DNA of 64,000 nucleotides from Alphaproteobacteria bacterium (GCA_965214705.1 CBDCCI010000001.1:160001-224000), one strand, 5' to 3'; shown: positions 18,317 to 29,222, numbered from the stretch's first letter. The notes: generated from the sequence alone by a model not told the origin. A program made the numbers and translations.

Positions 18317-19798
18317 ATGACGGAGGCGGACACCACCCTCGCCGACGGCGACAATCGGCCGATCTTCACGGTCGGCGAGCTCTCGCAGGCGCTCAAGCGC
18401 GTGGTCGAGGGCGAGTTCGCCTGGGTCAGCGTGCGGGGCGAGGTTTCGGGCTTCAAGCGCGCCGCCTCGGGCCATCTCTACTTCGCGCTCAAGGACGCGG
18501 ATGCGGTGCTCGACGCCGTCTGCTGGCGCGGCGTCGCCGGCAGGCTCGGGATCGCGCCGGAAGACGGGCTCGAGGTCGTCGCCACCGGCAAGATCAGCAC
18601 CTATCCGGGGCGCTCGCGCTATCAGATCGTGGTCGAGCGTCTGGAGCTTTCCGGTGCCGGCGCGCTACTGGCGCTGCTGGAGGCGCGCAAGAAGGCGCTC
18701 ACCGCCGAGGGCCTGTTCGACGAGGCGCGCAAGCGCGACCTGCCGTACCTGCCGGAGACGGTGGGAGTCGTGACCTCGCCCACGGGCGCCGTGATTCGCG
18801 ACATCCTGCACCGTATCGAAGACCGCTTCCCGCGCCGGGTGCTGGTCTGGCCGGTCACGGTGCAGGGTGCCGGCGCGGCAGAGGAGATCGCCGCCGCCAT
18901 CGAGGGCTTCAACCGCCTCGACGCAGGCGGGGCGGTGCCACGGCCCGACGTGTTGATCGTCGCCCGCGGCGGCGGCAGCCTGGAGGACCTCTGGGCCTTC
19001 AACGAGGAGGTCGTGGTACGCGCCGCGGCCGCGAGTGAGATCCCGCTGATCTCCGCCGTGGGTCACGAGACCGACGTGACACTGATCGACCTCGCCGCCG
19101 ACCGCCGGGCGCCGACACCCACCGCCGCCGCCGAGATGGCGGTGCCGGTGCGCGCCGACCTGCTGGAGCGCACGCAGTCTCTGGAGCATCGGCTGGGCGC
19201 ATCGCTCCGCCGGCTAATCGCCGAGCGGCGCGCGCGCATCGACGGGCTCGGGCGCGGCTTGCCGGCGGCGCGGGACCGGCTCACGACCGCGGGCCAGCGG
19301 CTCGACGACTGGTCGGAGCGGCTCGCGCGGGGGGCGCGGGGCCGGCTTGCGGCGGAGCGCCAGGCCGTGGACCGGCTCAGGCCACTCAAGCCGCGCCAAC
19401 TCCTCACGCTCAAGCGTCAGCAGCTCACCCATGCCTCCGGGCGCCTCGCGGCCGGGCACCCCGCCGCCCGCATCGAATGGGAACGCCGGGGTACGGATCA
19501 ATTGGCCGGGCGGCTGCGCCATGCCGGACGGGCGGCCTTGAGCGAGCGGGCGGCGCGGGTCGAGACCGCGGCACGCCTGCTGGAGAGCTATTCCTACCGG
19601 GGCGTGCTCGCGCGCGGCTACGCGGTGGTGCGCGATCAGCGCGAGCGTCCGCTCATCAGCGCTCAGGAGGTGAAGTCTGGCGCCGCGCTATCCCTCGAAT
19701 TCCACGATGGCCGCGCCGCCGCACGCGCCGCCGGCAAGCCCAAGCCCCGCAAGACCACGCGGGACGAAGACGACAACGGGCAGGGCTCGCTGCTCTAA
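18317..19798 (+). CDS. xseA: Exodeoxyribonuclease VII large subunit
   Basis: VRGEVSG..SGHLYF.LKD, TSPTGAVIRDI, ARGGGSLEDLWAFNEE, SAVGHETD, APTPTAAAE. Confidence 0.96.
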   Translation: MTEADTTLADGDNRPIFTVGELSQALKRVVEGEFAWVSVRGEVSGFKRAASGHLYFALKDADAVLDAVCWRGVAGRLGIAPEDGLEVVATGKISTYPGRSRYQIVVERLELSGAGALLALLEARKKALTAEGLFDEARKRDLPYLPETVGVVTSPTGAVIRDILHRIEDRFPRRVLVWPVTVQGAGAAEEIAAAIEGFNRLDAGGAVPRPDVLIVARGGGSLEDLWAFNEEVVVRAAAASEIPLISAVGHETDVTLIDLAADRRAPTPTAAAEMAVPVRADLLERTQSLEHRLGASLRRLIAERRARIDGLGRGLPAARDRLTTAGQRLDDWSERLARGARGRLAAERQAVDRLRPLKPRQLLTLKRQQLTHASGRLAAGHPAARIEWERRGTDQLAGRLRHAGRAALSERAARVETAARLLESYSYRGVLARGYAVVRDQRERPLISAQEVKSGAALSLEFHDGRAAARAAGKPKPRKTTRDEDDNGQGSLL

Positions 19799-19813
19799 GC
19801 GGGGATCGCTTCT

Positions 19814-21247
19814 CTAAGCGTCGGTGCCGCCCACGGTGATGGGGTCGACCAGCAGCGTGGGCAGGCCGACGCCGACCGGCACGCCCTGGCCATTCTTGCC
19901 GCAGGTGCCGATGCCGGTGTCGAGCGCGAAATCGTTACCGATGGCAGCGACCCGCGTCAGTACGTCGGGGCCGTTGCCGATCAGGCTCGCGCCTTTGAGC
20001 GGGGCGGTCGTCTTGCCGTCCTCGATCAGGTAGGCCTCGGCGGCCGAGAACACGAACTTGCCGGAGGTGATATCCACCTGGCCGCCGCTGAAGTTCTTGG
20101 CGTAGATGCCCTTCTTCACCCGGCCGATGATCTCTTCCGGCTCGTCGGCGCCGTCCAGCATGAAGGTGTTGGTCATGCGCGGCATGGGTGCATGCGCATA
20201 GCTCTCGCGCCGGCCGTTGCCGGTGGGCTCCATGTCCATCAGGCGGGCGTTCATGCGATCGTGCAGATAGCCGCGCAGGATGCCGTCCTCGATCAGCACG
20301 GTGCGGCCGGTGGGCGTGCCCTCGTCGTCCACGGTGAGCGAGCCGCGCCGGTCGTCGATGGTCCCGTCGTCCACTACGGTCACACCCGGCGACGCCACCC
20401 GCTCACCGAGAAGACCGGAGAACGCGCTGGTCTTCTTGCGGTTGAAGTCGCCTTCGAGGCCGTGGCCGATCGCTTCGTGCAGCAGGATGCCGGGCCAGCC
20501 GGGGCCGAGCACCACGGGCATCTCGCCGGCAGGGGTCGCGACGGACTCGAGATTGACCAGGGCTTGGCGGAGCGCTTCGTCCACCTGCGCCTGCCAGCGC
20601 TCGGGCGCGAGGAACTCGTCGTAGACCACTCTCCCGCCGACGCCATGGGAGCCGGTCTCCTGCCGCTCCCCCTCGCCGACCATGACGGCGACGTTGAGGC
20701 GCACCAGTGGGCGCACGTCGCAGGCGCGGCTGCCGTCTGCGCGGACGATCTCCACCGCCTGCCAGGAGCCGAGCAGCGACGCCATCACCTGGCGCACGCG
20801 GGGCTCCTTCGTCCGCGCGTAGGCGTCGATCTCCGCCAGCAGCGCGACCTTGTCGTCGAAGGGCGTACCGTCCAGCGGATTGTCGTCCACGTAGAGCGAG
20901 CGGTTGGTCTGCGACGGGGCCTGCGCCATGGTCCCCCCGTGGCCGTGCCGCACCGCCTTGACCGTGGCTGCCGCCCGTTTCAGCGCGTTCTCGCCGAGCT
21001 CGCCGGCGTGGGCGTAAGCGGTGGTCTCGCCGGCGACGGCGCGCAGCCCGAAGCCCTGGCTTGTGTCGAAGCTCGCGCTCTTGAGCCGGCCGTCGTCGAA
21101 GGCGAAGCTCTCGCTCTGGCGATATTCGAGGAAAAGCTCGCCGTCGTCGGCGCCCTTGAGTGCGTCCGCGACGATCCCCTCCGTGCGTGGCCGATCAAGG
21201 CCGGCGCGATTGAAGAAGATCTCGTCGGTGACGGTTTCGCGGCTCAT
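19814..21247 (-). CDS. tldD: Metalloprotease TldD
   Basis: GWPGILLHEAIGHGLEGDFNRK, TGNGRRES, PRMTNT, GTCGKNGQGVPVGVG. Confidence 0.95.
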   Translation of the reverse strand: MSRETVTDEIFFNRAGLDRPRTEGIVADALKGADDGELFLEYRQSESFAFDDGRLKSASFDTSQGFGLRAVAGETTAYAHAGELGENALKRAAATVKAVRHGHGGTMAQAPSQTNRSLYVDDNPLDGTPFDDKVALLAEIDAYARTKEPRVRQVMASLLGSWQAVEIVRADGSRACDVRPLVRLNVAVMVGEGERQETGSHGVGGRVVYDEFLAPERWQAQVDEALRQALVNLESVATPAGEMPVVLGPGWPGILLHEAIGHGLEGDFNRKKTSAFSGLLGERVASPGVTVVDDGTIDDRRGSLTVDDEGTPTGRTVLIEDGILRGYLHDRMNARLMDMEPTGNGRRESYAHAPMPRMTNTFMLDGADEPEEIIGRVKKGIYAKNFSGGQVDITSGKFVFSAAEAYLIEDGKTTAPLKGASLIGNGPDVLTRVAAIGNDFALDTGIGTCGKNGQGVPVGVGLPTLLVDPITVGGTDA

Positions 21248-21560
21248 GTCGCTCGTCCTTCGCTCGCCCTGCGCCGATACACAGGGGACATATGGGGCCG
21301 CCGGGGCGTGGCGTCCATCCCGAATACCCCAAGGATCGGCGAGAGCGCCGCTCCCCGTCAATGAGGGGCTTCAAAAACGGTGGGGTGCATGGTAGGACGC
21401 AGGCGGCTCGTGTAATGGCGGCGGCGCGCCGATGGCCGCGCCGCGCCGTTCCGCGTGAGGGGGTCCGGGCCGCCTTGCGTTCGCGCCTTCGGTGCCAAGC
21501 CACGGCACCGGAGAAGGCGGGCGATCAGGCGAAATCCGACGATCGAGTGGAGGTTGAGTA

Positions 21561-22412
21561 GTGGGGCATCTCGCGAAACTGGGCGCATCGGTCGCCGGTC
21601 TCGCCGGCGCGCTTGGCGCCGCCGGAGCGGCAGTGGCGCAGCAGCCGACCGATTGGGAGGTCGACTTTCAGACCGCCCTCTCGCCCTCCATGGAGCGCAT
21701 CGTCGATTTCAACCTCATGGTGACGATCATCATCGTCATCATCACGGCCTTCGTGTTCGGCCTGATGGCGTGGATCGTGATCCGCTACAACAAGAAGCGG
21801 AACCCGGTGCCGTCAAAGACAACCCACAACACCATGCTGGAGGTGATCTGGACCGTAGTGCCGGTCATCATCCTGCTGGTGATCGCTGTGCCCTCGTTCC
21901 GGCTCCTCTACTTCACCGACAAGGTCGCAGATGCCGACATGACGCTGAAGGCGATCGGCCACCAGTGGTACTGGTCCTACGAATATCCCGACCACGGCGA
22001 CTTCACCTTCGACGCGATTATGCTGGAGGAGGATGAGCTGGAGGAGGGGCAGCCTCGCCTGCTGGCGACCGACGAAGCGGTGGTGCTGCCGGTGGGGGCC
22101 AAGATCAGGCTGCTGACGACGGCCGACGACGTGATCCACTCCTGGGCCATCCCGGCGTTTGGGGTGAAGATGGATTCCGTGCCCGGCCGGGTCAACGAGA
22201 CCTGGTTCCAGATCAACCGCGAGGGCACCTATTACGGGCAATGCTCGGAACTCTGCGGCACGCTGCACGGCTTCATGCCGATCATGATCGAAGCAGTGTC
22301 GCAGGAAGAGTTCGACGCCTGGGTGGAATTCGCGCGAGAAGAATACGCATCGGCGAACGACAGCCCGACCGAGGTTGCCGCGCTCGACGCCAGCGCGCCC
22401 AAGGCGCGCTGA
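21561..22412 (+). CDS. coxB: Cytochrome c oxidase subunit II
   Basis: GHQWYWSYEY, DVIHSW, CuA motif GQCSELCGTLHGFM. Confidence 0.97.
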   Translation: MGHLAKLGASVAGLAGALGAAGAAVAQQPTDWEVDFQTALSPSMERIVDFNLMVTIIIVIITAFVFGLMAWIVIRYNKKRNPVPSKTTHNTMLEVIWTVVPVIILLVIAVPSFRLLYFTDKVADADMTLKAIGHQWYWSYEYPDHGDFTFDAIMLEEDELEEGQPRLLATDEAVVLPVGAKIRLLTTADDVIHSWAIPAFGVKMDSVPGRVNETWFQINREGTYYGQCSELCGTLHGFMPIMIEAVSQEEFDAWVEFAREEYASANDSPTEVAALDASAPKAR

Positions 22413-22427
22413 GGAAGGAGAGAGGCC

Positions 22428-24026
22428 ATGGCGGACCACGCCCACGCCCACGCAGCGCACGATCATATGCCGCGGGGCATCACGCGGTGGCTCTACTCCA
22501 CCAACCACAAAGACATCGGCACGATGTACATCGCCTTTGCGGTGGTGTTCGGCATCGTCGGCGCGGTGCTCTCCATCTTCATGCGGATGGAGCTGGCCGA
22601 GCCCGGCATGCAGATCTTTGCTGATTCCCACACCTTCAATGTCTTCGTGACCGGCCACGGGCTGATCATGGTGTTCTTCATGATCATGCCGGCCTTCATC
22701 GGCGGCTTCGGCAACTGGTTCGTGCCGTTGATGATCGGGGCGCCGGACATGGCGTTCCCGCGCATGAACAACATCAGTTTCTGGCTGCTGGTGCCGTCCG
22801 GCGCCCTTCTTGTGACCTCGATGTTCGTGGACGGAGGGCCCGGTCCGGGCGTTGGAGCGGGCTGGACGGTCTACGCGCCGTTATCGACCTCGGGCCACGC
22901 TGGCCCGGCCATGGACCTCGGCATCTTCGCGCTGCATCTCGCGGGCGCGTCGTCGATCCTCGGCGCCATCAATTTCATCACCACCATTCTCAACATGCGC
23001 GCGCCGGGCATGACGATGCACAAGCTACCGCTCTTCGTCTGGTCGGTGCTGGTGACCGCGTTCCTGCTGCTGCTCTCGCTGCCGGTGCTGGCGGGCGCCA
23101 TCACGATGCTGCTCACGGACCGCAACTTCGGCACCGCCTTCTTCGACGCGGCGGGCGGCGGCGACCCGATCCTGTATCAGCATCTCTTCTGGTTCTTCGG
23201 GCACCCGGAGGTCTACATCCTGATCCTGCCGGCCTTCGGCATCGTGAGCCACATCGTCTCCACCTTCTCCAACAAGCCGGTCTTCGGCTACCTCGGCATG
23301 GCCTACGCCATGGTCGCCATCGGCTTCATCGGCTTCGTGGTGTGGGCGCACCACATGTTTACGGTGGGGATGGACGTCGACACGCGCGCCTATTTCATCG
23401 GCGCAACGATGGTCATCGCGGTGCCTACGGGCATCAAGATCTTCAGCTGGATCGCCACCATGTGGGGCGGCTCGATCGAGTTCAAGACGCCCATGCTCTG
23501 GGCCTTCGGCTTCATCTTCCTGTTCACGGTGGGCGGCGTGACCGGCGTCGTGCTCGCCAATGCGGGCTTGGATAGCGCACTGCACGATACCTACTACGTG
23601 GTCGGGCACTTCCACTACGTGCTCTCGCTCGGCGCCGTGTTCATGGCCTTCGGCGCGTTCTACTACTGGATCGGCAAGATGTGCGGCCGCCAGTATCCGG
23701 AGACTCTCGGCAAGATTCACTTCTGGATCACCTTCGTCGGCGTGAACCTCACCTTCTTCCCGATGCACTTCTCAGGCGTCTCGGGCATGCCGAGGCGCAT
23801 CCCCGACTATCCGGACGCCTACGCCGGCTGGAACATGATCTCGTCGATCGGCGCCTACATCTCGACCGCAGGGTTGATCCTGTTCATCTACATCCTCATC
23901 TACACGCTCTTCTGGGGTAAGAAGTGCGCCGCCAACCCGTGGGGCGAGGGCGCGCGCACCCTCGAATGGACGGTGCCTTCGCCGGCGCCCTTCCATACCC
24001 ACGAGGAGCTGCCCCGCGTCCGCTAG
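22428..24026 (+). CDS. coxA: Cytochrome c oxidase subunit I (A1 type)
   Basis: [51 protein letters not shown]. Confidence 0.98.
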   Translation: MADHAHAHAAHDHMPRGITRWLYSTNHKDIGTMYIAFAVVFGIVGAVLSIFMRMELAEPGMQIFADSHTFNVFVTGHGLIMVFFMIMPAFIGGFGNWFVPLMIGAPDMAFPRMNNISFWLLVPSGALLVTSMFVDGGPGPGVGAGWTVYAPLSTSGHAGPAMDLGIFALHLAGASSILGAINFITTILNMRAPGMTMHKLPLFVWSVLVTAFLLLLSLPVLAGAITMLLTDRNFGTAFFDAAGGGDPILYQHLFWFFGHPEVYILILPAFGIVSHIVSTFSNKPVFGYLGMAYAMVAIGFIGFVVWAHHMFTVGMDVDTRAYFIGATMVIAVPTGIKIFSWIATMWGGSIEFKTPMLWAFGFIFLFTVGGVTGVVLANAGLDSALHDTYYVVGHFHYVLSLGAVFMAFGAFYYWIGKMCGRQYPETLGKIHFWITFVGVNLTFFPMHFSGVSGMPRRIPDYPDAYAGWNMISSIGAYISTAGLILFIYILIYTLFWGKKCAANPWGEGARTLEWTVPSPAPFHTHEELPRVR

Positions 24027-24047
24027 GCCGGAGCGGGGGCCTGCACG

Positions 24048-24965
24048 ATGAGTGAGCCGGCGGCCAGGGTGGCGGTCGCGGAAAGCGCGGCGCCGGTCGC
24101 GCTCGGCGATACGTTTGCGCTGCTGAAGCCCAGGGTGATGTCCCTCGTGGTCTTCACCGGCGCGGTCGGGCTGATCATCGCGCCCGGCACCATTCATCCG
24201 GTGATCGCGGCGGTGGCGGTGCTCTGCATCGCCATCGGTGCCGGTGGGTCTGCCGCTATCAACATGTGGTACGACCGCGACATCGACGCGGTGATGACGC
24301 GCACCCGCGAACGGCCGGTTCCCGCCGGGCGGGTAGAGCCGAGCGCTGCGCTCGGTCTCGGCATCGTGCTCTCCGTGGGCGCGACCGCGCTGATGGGGCT
24401 CGCGGTCAACTGGGTCGCGGCCGGCCTGCTCGCGTTCACTATCTTCTTCTACGTCTGCATCTACACGATGTGGCTGAAGCGGCGCACGCCGCAGAACATC
24501 GTGATCGGCGGTGCCGCCGGCGCCTTCCCGCCGATGATCGGCTGGGCGGCGGTGACCGGCGGGGTCGACCTCACGGCGGTCGCGCTGTTCGGCATCATCT
24601 TCCTCTGGACCCCGCCGCACTTCTGGGCGCTCGCGCTGGTCCGCTCGTCGGACTACGAGGCCGCCGACGTGCCGATGCTGCCGGTGGTTTCGGGCGATCG
24701 CAGCACGCGGCGCCAGATCGTGGCCTACACGCTACTCCTCGTGCCCGTGAGCCTGGCGCCGTGCGCGACCGGGGCTGCCGGCGCGGTCTACGGCATCGGC
24801 GCGCTAGTGGCGGGCGTCCTGCTTGCAGCCGGTGCCTTCCGCGTCCTCGTGGATCACAGCCCGGCCGCTGCGAAGCGGCTCTTCGGCGCGTCGATCATCT
24901 ATCTCTTCGCGCTCTTCGCGCTGCTGCTCGCGGACCACGCGTGGCCGGTTCCGGTCGTGCCATGA
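24048..24965 (+). CDS. ctaB: Protoheme IX farnesyltransferase (heme o synthase)
   Basis: LLKPRVMSLVVFT, NMWYDRDID.VM.RT..RP, LKRRTPQNIVIGG, WTPPHFWAL. Confidence 0.95.
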   Translation: MSEPAARVAVAESAAPVALGDTFALLKPRVMSLVVFTGAVGLIIAPGTIHPVIAAVAVLCIAIGAGGSAAINMWYDRDIDAVMTRTRERPVPAGRVEPSAALGLGIVLSVGATALMGLAVNWVAAGLLAFTIFFYVCIYTMWLKRRTPQNIVIGGAAGAFPPMIGWAAVTGGVDLTAVALFGIIFLWTPPHFWALALVRSSDYEAADVPMLPVVSGDRSTRRQIVAYTLLLVPVSLAPCATGAAGAVYGIGALVAGVLLAAGAFRVLVDHSPAAAKRLFGASIIYLFALFALLLADHAWPVPVVP

Positions 24966-25096
24966 AGGATGGCGTCGTGAAAGACCGGGACAGCGAGCGC
25001 CGGCGCAAGATTCGCAACTTCGCGCTCGGCGGCGCGCTGCTCGCGCTCGCGATCCTGTTCTACCTCATCACCATCGTCAGGATGGGGGGCGAGTAG
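24962..25096 (+). CDS. Small single-TM protein of the cox operon (CoxF-like)
   Basis: MKDGVVKDRDSERRRKIRNFALGGALLALAILFYLITIVRMGGE; ATGA overlap with ctaB; usual position before ctaG. Confidence 0.75.
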   Translation: MKDGVVKDRDSERRRKIRNFALGGALLALAILFYLITIVRMGGE

Positions 25097-25097
25097 G

Positions 25098-25757
25098 ATG
25101 GCAACCGACATGCCCGACGCCCCCGGCAAGCGCGCGAGCCGGCGCCGCACCGCGACCGCGCTCATCCTGGGCGGCGTGGTCTGCGGCATGGTCGGGCTCT
25201 CCTTCGGCGCGGTGCCGCTCTACCGGCTCTTCTGCCAGGTCACCGGCTTCGGCGGCACCACCCAGGTCGCCGAAGAGGCGCCTGTTACGATCGGCGACCG
25301 GTTGGTCACCGTCCGCTTCAACGCCGATACCGCACGCGATCTGCCATGGCACTTCAAGCCCGAGCAGCGCGAGATGACCGTGCGGGTGGGTGAGATGGCG
25401 ATGGCGTTCTACAACGCCGTCAACCAGTCGGACCGGTCGCTCATCGGCACCTCGACCTTCAACGTGACCCCGGTGAAGGCGGGCGCCTACTTCAACAAGA
25501 TCGAGTGCTTCTGCTTCGAGGAGCAGACGCTGGCACCGGGCGAGCGCGCCGACTTTCCGGTGTCGTTTTTCGTCGATCCCGACATCGTGGAGGATCGCAG
25601 GCTCGACGACGTGACCACGATCACACTCTCCTACACGTTCTTCGCGCGCGGAGAGGGCGTGACGGAAGCCGCGCTGGCAGACGACGACTTGGCCGGCGAC
25701 CTCAGCCCCGATGCGGCGGGCCCCAGACCAGGGAGCGAATCTAGTTATGGCGGATAG
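25098..25757 (+). CDS. ctaG: Cytochrome c oxidase copper chaperone CtaG/Cox11
   Basis: VPLYRLFCQVTGFGGT, YFNKIECFCFEEQ, TITLSYTF. Confidence 0.95.
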   Translation: MATDMPDAPGKRASRRRTATALILGGVVCGMVGLSFGAVPLYRLFCQVTGFGGTTQVAEEAPVTIGDRLVTVRFNADTARDLPWHFKPEQREMTVRVGEMAMAFYNAVNQSDRSLIGTSTFNVTPVKAGAYFNKIECFCFEEQTLAPGERADFPVSFFVDPDIVEDRRLDDVTTITLSYTFFARGEGVTEAALADDDLAGDLSPDAAGPRPGSESSYGG

Positions 25758-26550
25758 CGCACACGGGACCGCGAACCACGAATACCACATGGTGAAGCCG
25801 AGCCCGTGGCCGGTCATCGGCGCCCTGGGCGGCGGCGGGCTGGGGCTCGGCGGCGTGGTCATCTTCATGCACACCGGCCAGCTCTGGCTGATGACCATCG
25901 GCGGGATCGTGGTGCTGTTCACCATGTACTTCTGGTGGCGCGACGTGATCCGCGAGGCGCTGGTCGAGAACGAGCACACGCAGGTGGTCCAGCGGGGCCT
26001 GCGCTTCGGCATGGTGCTCTTCATCGCGTCCGAGGTGATGTTCTTCGCGGCGTTCTTCTGGGCGTTCTTCAACGCCTCGATCATGCCGCCCGACGTCATC
26101 GCCAACACGTGGCCGCCGCCAGGAGTCGAGGTCATTCCAGCGTGGCGGCTGCCCTTCGTGAACACGCTGCTGCTGCTGACCTCCGGCGCCACCGTGACCT
26201 GGGCGCATCACGCGCTCCGCCACGGCAACCAGCAGCAGCTGGTCTACGGGCTCGCGCTCACCGTGGCGCTTGGCGTCGCCTTCATCGGCGTCCAGGGATA
26301 CGAATACGCCCACGCGGCCTTCGGCTTCCGCGATGGCATCTATCCCTCCACCTTCTTCATGGCGACGGGCTTCCACGGCTTCCACGTCACCGTCGGCGCC
26401 ATCTTCCTTGCGGTCTGCCTCTATCGGGCGCTGAAAAAGCAGTTCAAGCCGGACCAGCACATCGGCCTCGAGGCCGCGGCGTGGTACTGGCACTTCGTCG
26501 ACGTGGTGTGGCTGTTCCTGTTCATCTGGGTCTACTGGTGGGGCGGTTGA
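25747..26550 (+). CDS. coxC: Cytochrome c oxidase subunit III
   Basis: HMVKPSPWP, LFIASEVMFF, TGFHGFHV, AAWYWHFVDVVWLFL. Confidence 0.97.
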   Translation: MADSAHGTANHEYHMVKPSPWPVIGALGGGGLGLGGVVIFMHTGQLWLMTIGGIVVLFTMYFWWRDVIREALVENEHTQVVQRGLRFGMVLFIASEVMFFAAFFWAFFNASIMPPDVIANTWPPPGVEVIPAWRLPFVNTLLLLTSGATVTWAHHALRHGNQQQLVYGLALTVALGVAFIGVQGYEYAHAAFGFRDGIYPSTFFMATGFHGFHVTVGAIFLAVCLYRALKKQFKPDQHIGLEAAAWYWHFVDVVWLFLFIWVYWWGG

Positions 26551-26560
26551 TCGAGACGAC

Positions 26561-26938
26561 ATGGCGGATGGGGACGGGACCTACTATCCGCCGGTCTCGG
26601 TCCTGAAGGCCGGCCTGCTCTTCCGCTGCCCGCGCTGCGGACGCGGCAAGCTGTTCAGAGGCTACCTGCGGGTCGCCGAGCGCTGCGGCGCGTGCCAGTT
26701 CGAGCTCTCGCAGCATGACAGCGCCGACGGGCCGGCCGTCTTCGTCATGTTTATCGTGGGCGGCATCGTCGTCGCGCTCGCGTTCTGGCTGGAGTTCACC
26801 CACGCGCCGCCCTACTGGCTCCATGCGGTGCTCTGGCTGCCGGCGATCATCATCTTGAGCCTCGCCCTGCTGCGGCCGGCCAAGGCGCTCCTGATCGCGC
26901 TCCAGTACAGACACAAAGCAGCCGGCTTTGGCGAGTGA
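26561..26938 (+). CDS. DUF983 family membrane protein
   Basis: RCPRCGRGKLFRGYL..C..C, ADGPA, PPYWLH, LIALQY. Confidence 0.88.
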   Translation: MADGDGTYYPPVSVLKAGLLFRCPRCGRGKLFRGYLRVAERCGACQFELSQHDSADGPAVFVMFIVGGIVVALAFWLEFTHAPPYWLHAVLWLPAIIILSLALLRPAKALLIALQYRHKAAGFGE

Positions 26939-27680
26939 TGACCGGGCCCGGCATCGGGCACCATCTGACCGCGCCCGCAGACGGGCCACCTGGTTCGCAA
27001 TTCCGGGCATCCTGATCCTGCTGGCGCTCGGTTCCTGGCAGGTGCATCGCCTGATGTGGAAGACCGATCTCAACGAGGAGCGCCGCGCCCAATTCCAGGC
27101 CGAGGCGGTGATGCTGCCCGCCGAACTCGACGATGCGGCGTCCTACGCCTATCGCCGGGTCTGGCTGGAGGGACACTTTCGCCACGAGGCGGAGATGTTC
27201 CTCGCCGCGCGCACCTTCGACCGCCGGGTGGGCTACCAGATCATCACCCCGTTCGAGCGCGCGGACGGTCCGGCGGTGCTGGTCAACCGCGGCTGGGTGC
27301 CGCTCGACAACAAGGAGCCCGAGACCCGGCTCGAGGGCCAAATCGAGGGCACGTATCGCCTCGAAGGCGTCGTCGTGCCGGGCGGGCGGGCCGGTTGGTT
27401 CACGCCCGACAACGAGCCCGAGAACAACATCTGGTTCTGGACCGATACGGAGGCGCTCGCGGCCGAGGCGGGCATACCCGCGCCATCCTATCTGGTGGAC
27501 GCAGGTCCCGCCCCCAATCCGGGCGGCCTGCCCATCGGCGGGCAGACCAAGGTCGAGCTGCGCAGTGAGCACATGCAGTACATCGTGATCTGGTACGCGC
27601 TCGCGATCGGCCTCGCCGTGATCTACGCGATCTACATGCGGCGCGGCCCCCGTGAGTACGAGGACGAGGACGCGGCTTGA
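26928..27680 (+). CDS. SURF1 family cytochrome oxidase assembly protein
   Basis: LGSWQVHRLMWK, VLVNRGWVP, HMQYIVIWYAL. Confidence 0.92.
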   Translation: MASDDRARHRAPSDRARRRATWFAIPGILILLALGSWQVHRLMWKTDLNEERRAQFQAEAVMLPAELDDAASYAYRRVWLEGHFRHEAEMFLAARTFDRRVGYQIITPFERADGPAVLVNRGWVPLDNKEPETRLEGQIEGTYRLEGVVVPGGRAGWFTPDNEPENNIWFWTDTEALAAEAGIPAPSYLVDAGPAPNPGGLPIGGQTKVELRSEHMQYIVIWYALAIGLAVIYAIYMRRGPREYEDEDAA

Positions 27681-29161
27681 GCGCCTACGCCGCGCTGGAG
27701 GCCCGCTTCCGCCGCCTCGGCCTGCTCGGCGGTGCGGCCGGGATACTGCACTGGGACTGGGCGACGATGATGCCGCCGGGCGGCGCGGAGCCGCGTGCGG
27801 CACAGCTCGCCGAGCTTGCGCTGATCCGCCACGAGCTGCTGACAGAGTCTCACGTTTGCGACCTGCTGGACGAGGCCGAGGCAGAGACGGACGCTCTGGA
27901 CGATTGGCAGCGGGCCAATCTCGCCCGCATGCGCCGGCGCTGGCGCCAGGCGGCGGCGCTGCCGGCCGATCTGGTGCAAGCGTTGAGCGAGGCGTGCTCA
28001 CACTGCGAGATGGTATGGCGTGAGGCCCGGCCGGCGAGCGACTTTCCGGCTTTTGCGGCGGCCTTCGCGCCGCTACTCGGCCTCGTTCGCGAGAAGGCGG
28101 CGGCGCTGGGCGAGACGCTCGGCTGCGCGCCCTACGACGGGCTGGTTGATTCCTACGAGCCGGGGCTGCGCTGCGCCACCATCGACCCGCTTTTCGACGA
28201 CCTCGCGGGCTTCCTCCCCGACTTCCTTGGTCAGGTGCGCGAGGCGCAGGCAGAAGCAGACGCCCCGCCGTCAGTGAGCGGCTCCTTGGACACGCAGGAG
28301 GCCCTTGCCAGGCGCTTGATGTCGGCACTCGGTTTCGACTTCGACCACGGCCGCCTCGACGTCAGCCTTCACCCCTTCTGCGGTGGCAGTGCCGGCGACA
28401 TCCGCGTCACGACGCGCTACGACGAGGCGGACGTCCTTTCCGGCCTCATGGGGGTGCTGCACGAGACCGGCCACGCGCTCTACGAGGCAGGCCTGCCGGA
28501 GGAATGGCGATACCAGCCGGTGGGCCAGGCCGGCGGCATGGCGCTGCACGAGAGCCAATCGCTGCTGGTCGAGATGCAGGCCTGCCGCAGCCGACCTTTC
28601 ATGCGCTTTCTCGCGCCGCTGCTGGTAGAGCATCTCGACGGCGGCGCTGCGGGTGCGGGTGCGGAGGCGCTCTATCGGCAGGCGATCCGCGTGGAGCCTG
28701 GCTACATCAGGGTGGACTCCGACGAAGTGACGTACCCCGCCCATATCATGCTGCGCTACCGGTTGGAGCGTGCCCTGATCGCGGACGATCTGGCCTGCGA
28801 CGAGATCCCCGGCGCCTGGGCGGAGATTCACGAAGCCCTGCTCGGGCTTAGGCCGAGGAACGATGCCGAGGGATGCCTGCAGGACATCCACTGGTCCGTG
28901 GGCGAGCTCGGCTACTTCCCGAGCTACACCATCGGAGCCCTGATGGCGGCGCAGTTCTTCGACGCCGCGGCCCGGGCCGAGCCGGAGCTGTGGCCCGCCA
29001 TCGAGCGCGGCGATTTCTCGCCCCTGTTCGGGTGGCTCAGGGCCAACGTTCACGGCCTCGCCTCCCGCTACGAGGGTCCGGTGCTGCTCGAACGCGCCAC
29101 CGGCGCGCCGCTCGACACCAGGGTCTTCAAGGCCCACCTGAAGCGGCGCTACCTCAACTGA
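27677..29161 (+). CDS. M32 family metallocarboxypeptidase
   Basis: HPFC, LHETGHALYE (HExxH), HESQS, IRVDSDEVTY, GCLQDIHW, GYFPSY. Confidence 0.95.
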   Translation: MSAYAALEARFRRLGLLGGAAGILHWDWATMMPPGGAEPRAAQLAELALIRHELLTESHVCDLLDEAEAETDALDDWQRANLARMRRRWRQAAALPADLVQALSEACSHCEMVWREARPASDFPAFAAAFAPLLGLVREKAAALGETLGCAPYDGLVDSYEPGLRCATIDPLFDDLAGFLPDFLGQVREAQAEADAPPSVSGSLDTQEALARRLMSALGFDFDHGRLDVSLHPFCGGSAGDIRVTTRYDEADVLSGLMGVLHETGHALYEAGLPEEWRYQPVGQAGGMALHESQSLLVEMQACRSRPFMRFLAPLLVEHLDGGAAGAGAEALYRQAIRVEPGYIRVDSDEVTYPAHIMLRYRLERALIADDLACDEIPGAWAEIHEALLGLRPRNDAEGCLQDIHWSVGELGYFPSYTIGALMAAQFFDAAARAEPELWPAIERGDFSPLFGWLRANVHGLASRYEGPVLLERATGAPLDTRVFKAHLKRRYLN

Positions 29162-29193
29162 ACCCCATGGACACCGGTTCTGCGCGCAAAGCG

Positions 29194-29222
29194 TTGACGC
29201 TCGTAGGCGAGCGCTCTAGTGT
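29194..29222 (+). promoter_or_regulatory. Putative sigma70 promoter of the coiled-coil/zapA operon
   Basis: TTGACG-17 bp-TAGTGT. Confidence 0.55.

Noticed and set aside
21362-21560. Possible RegA/PrrA or FNR site upstream of coxB
   Set aside because: GCGGC..GCCGC matches are ubiquitous here and there is no TTGAT-N4-ATCAA box.
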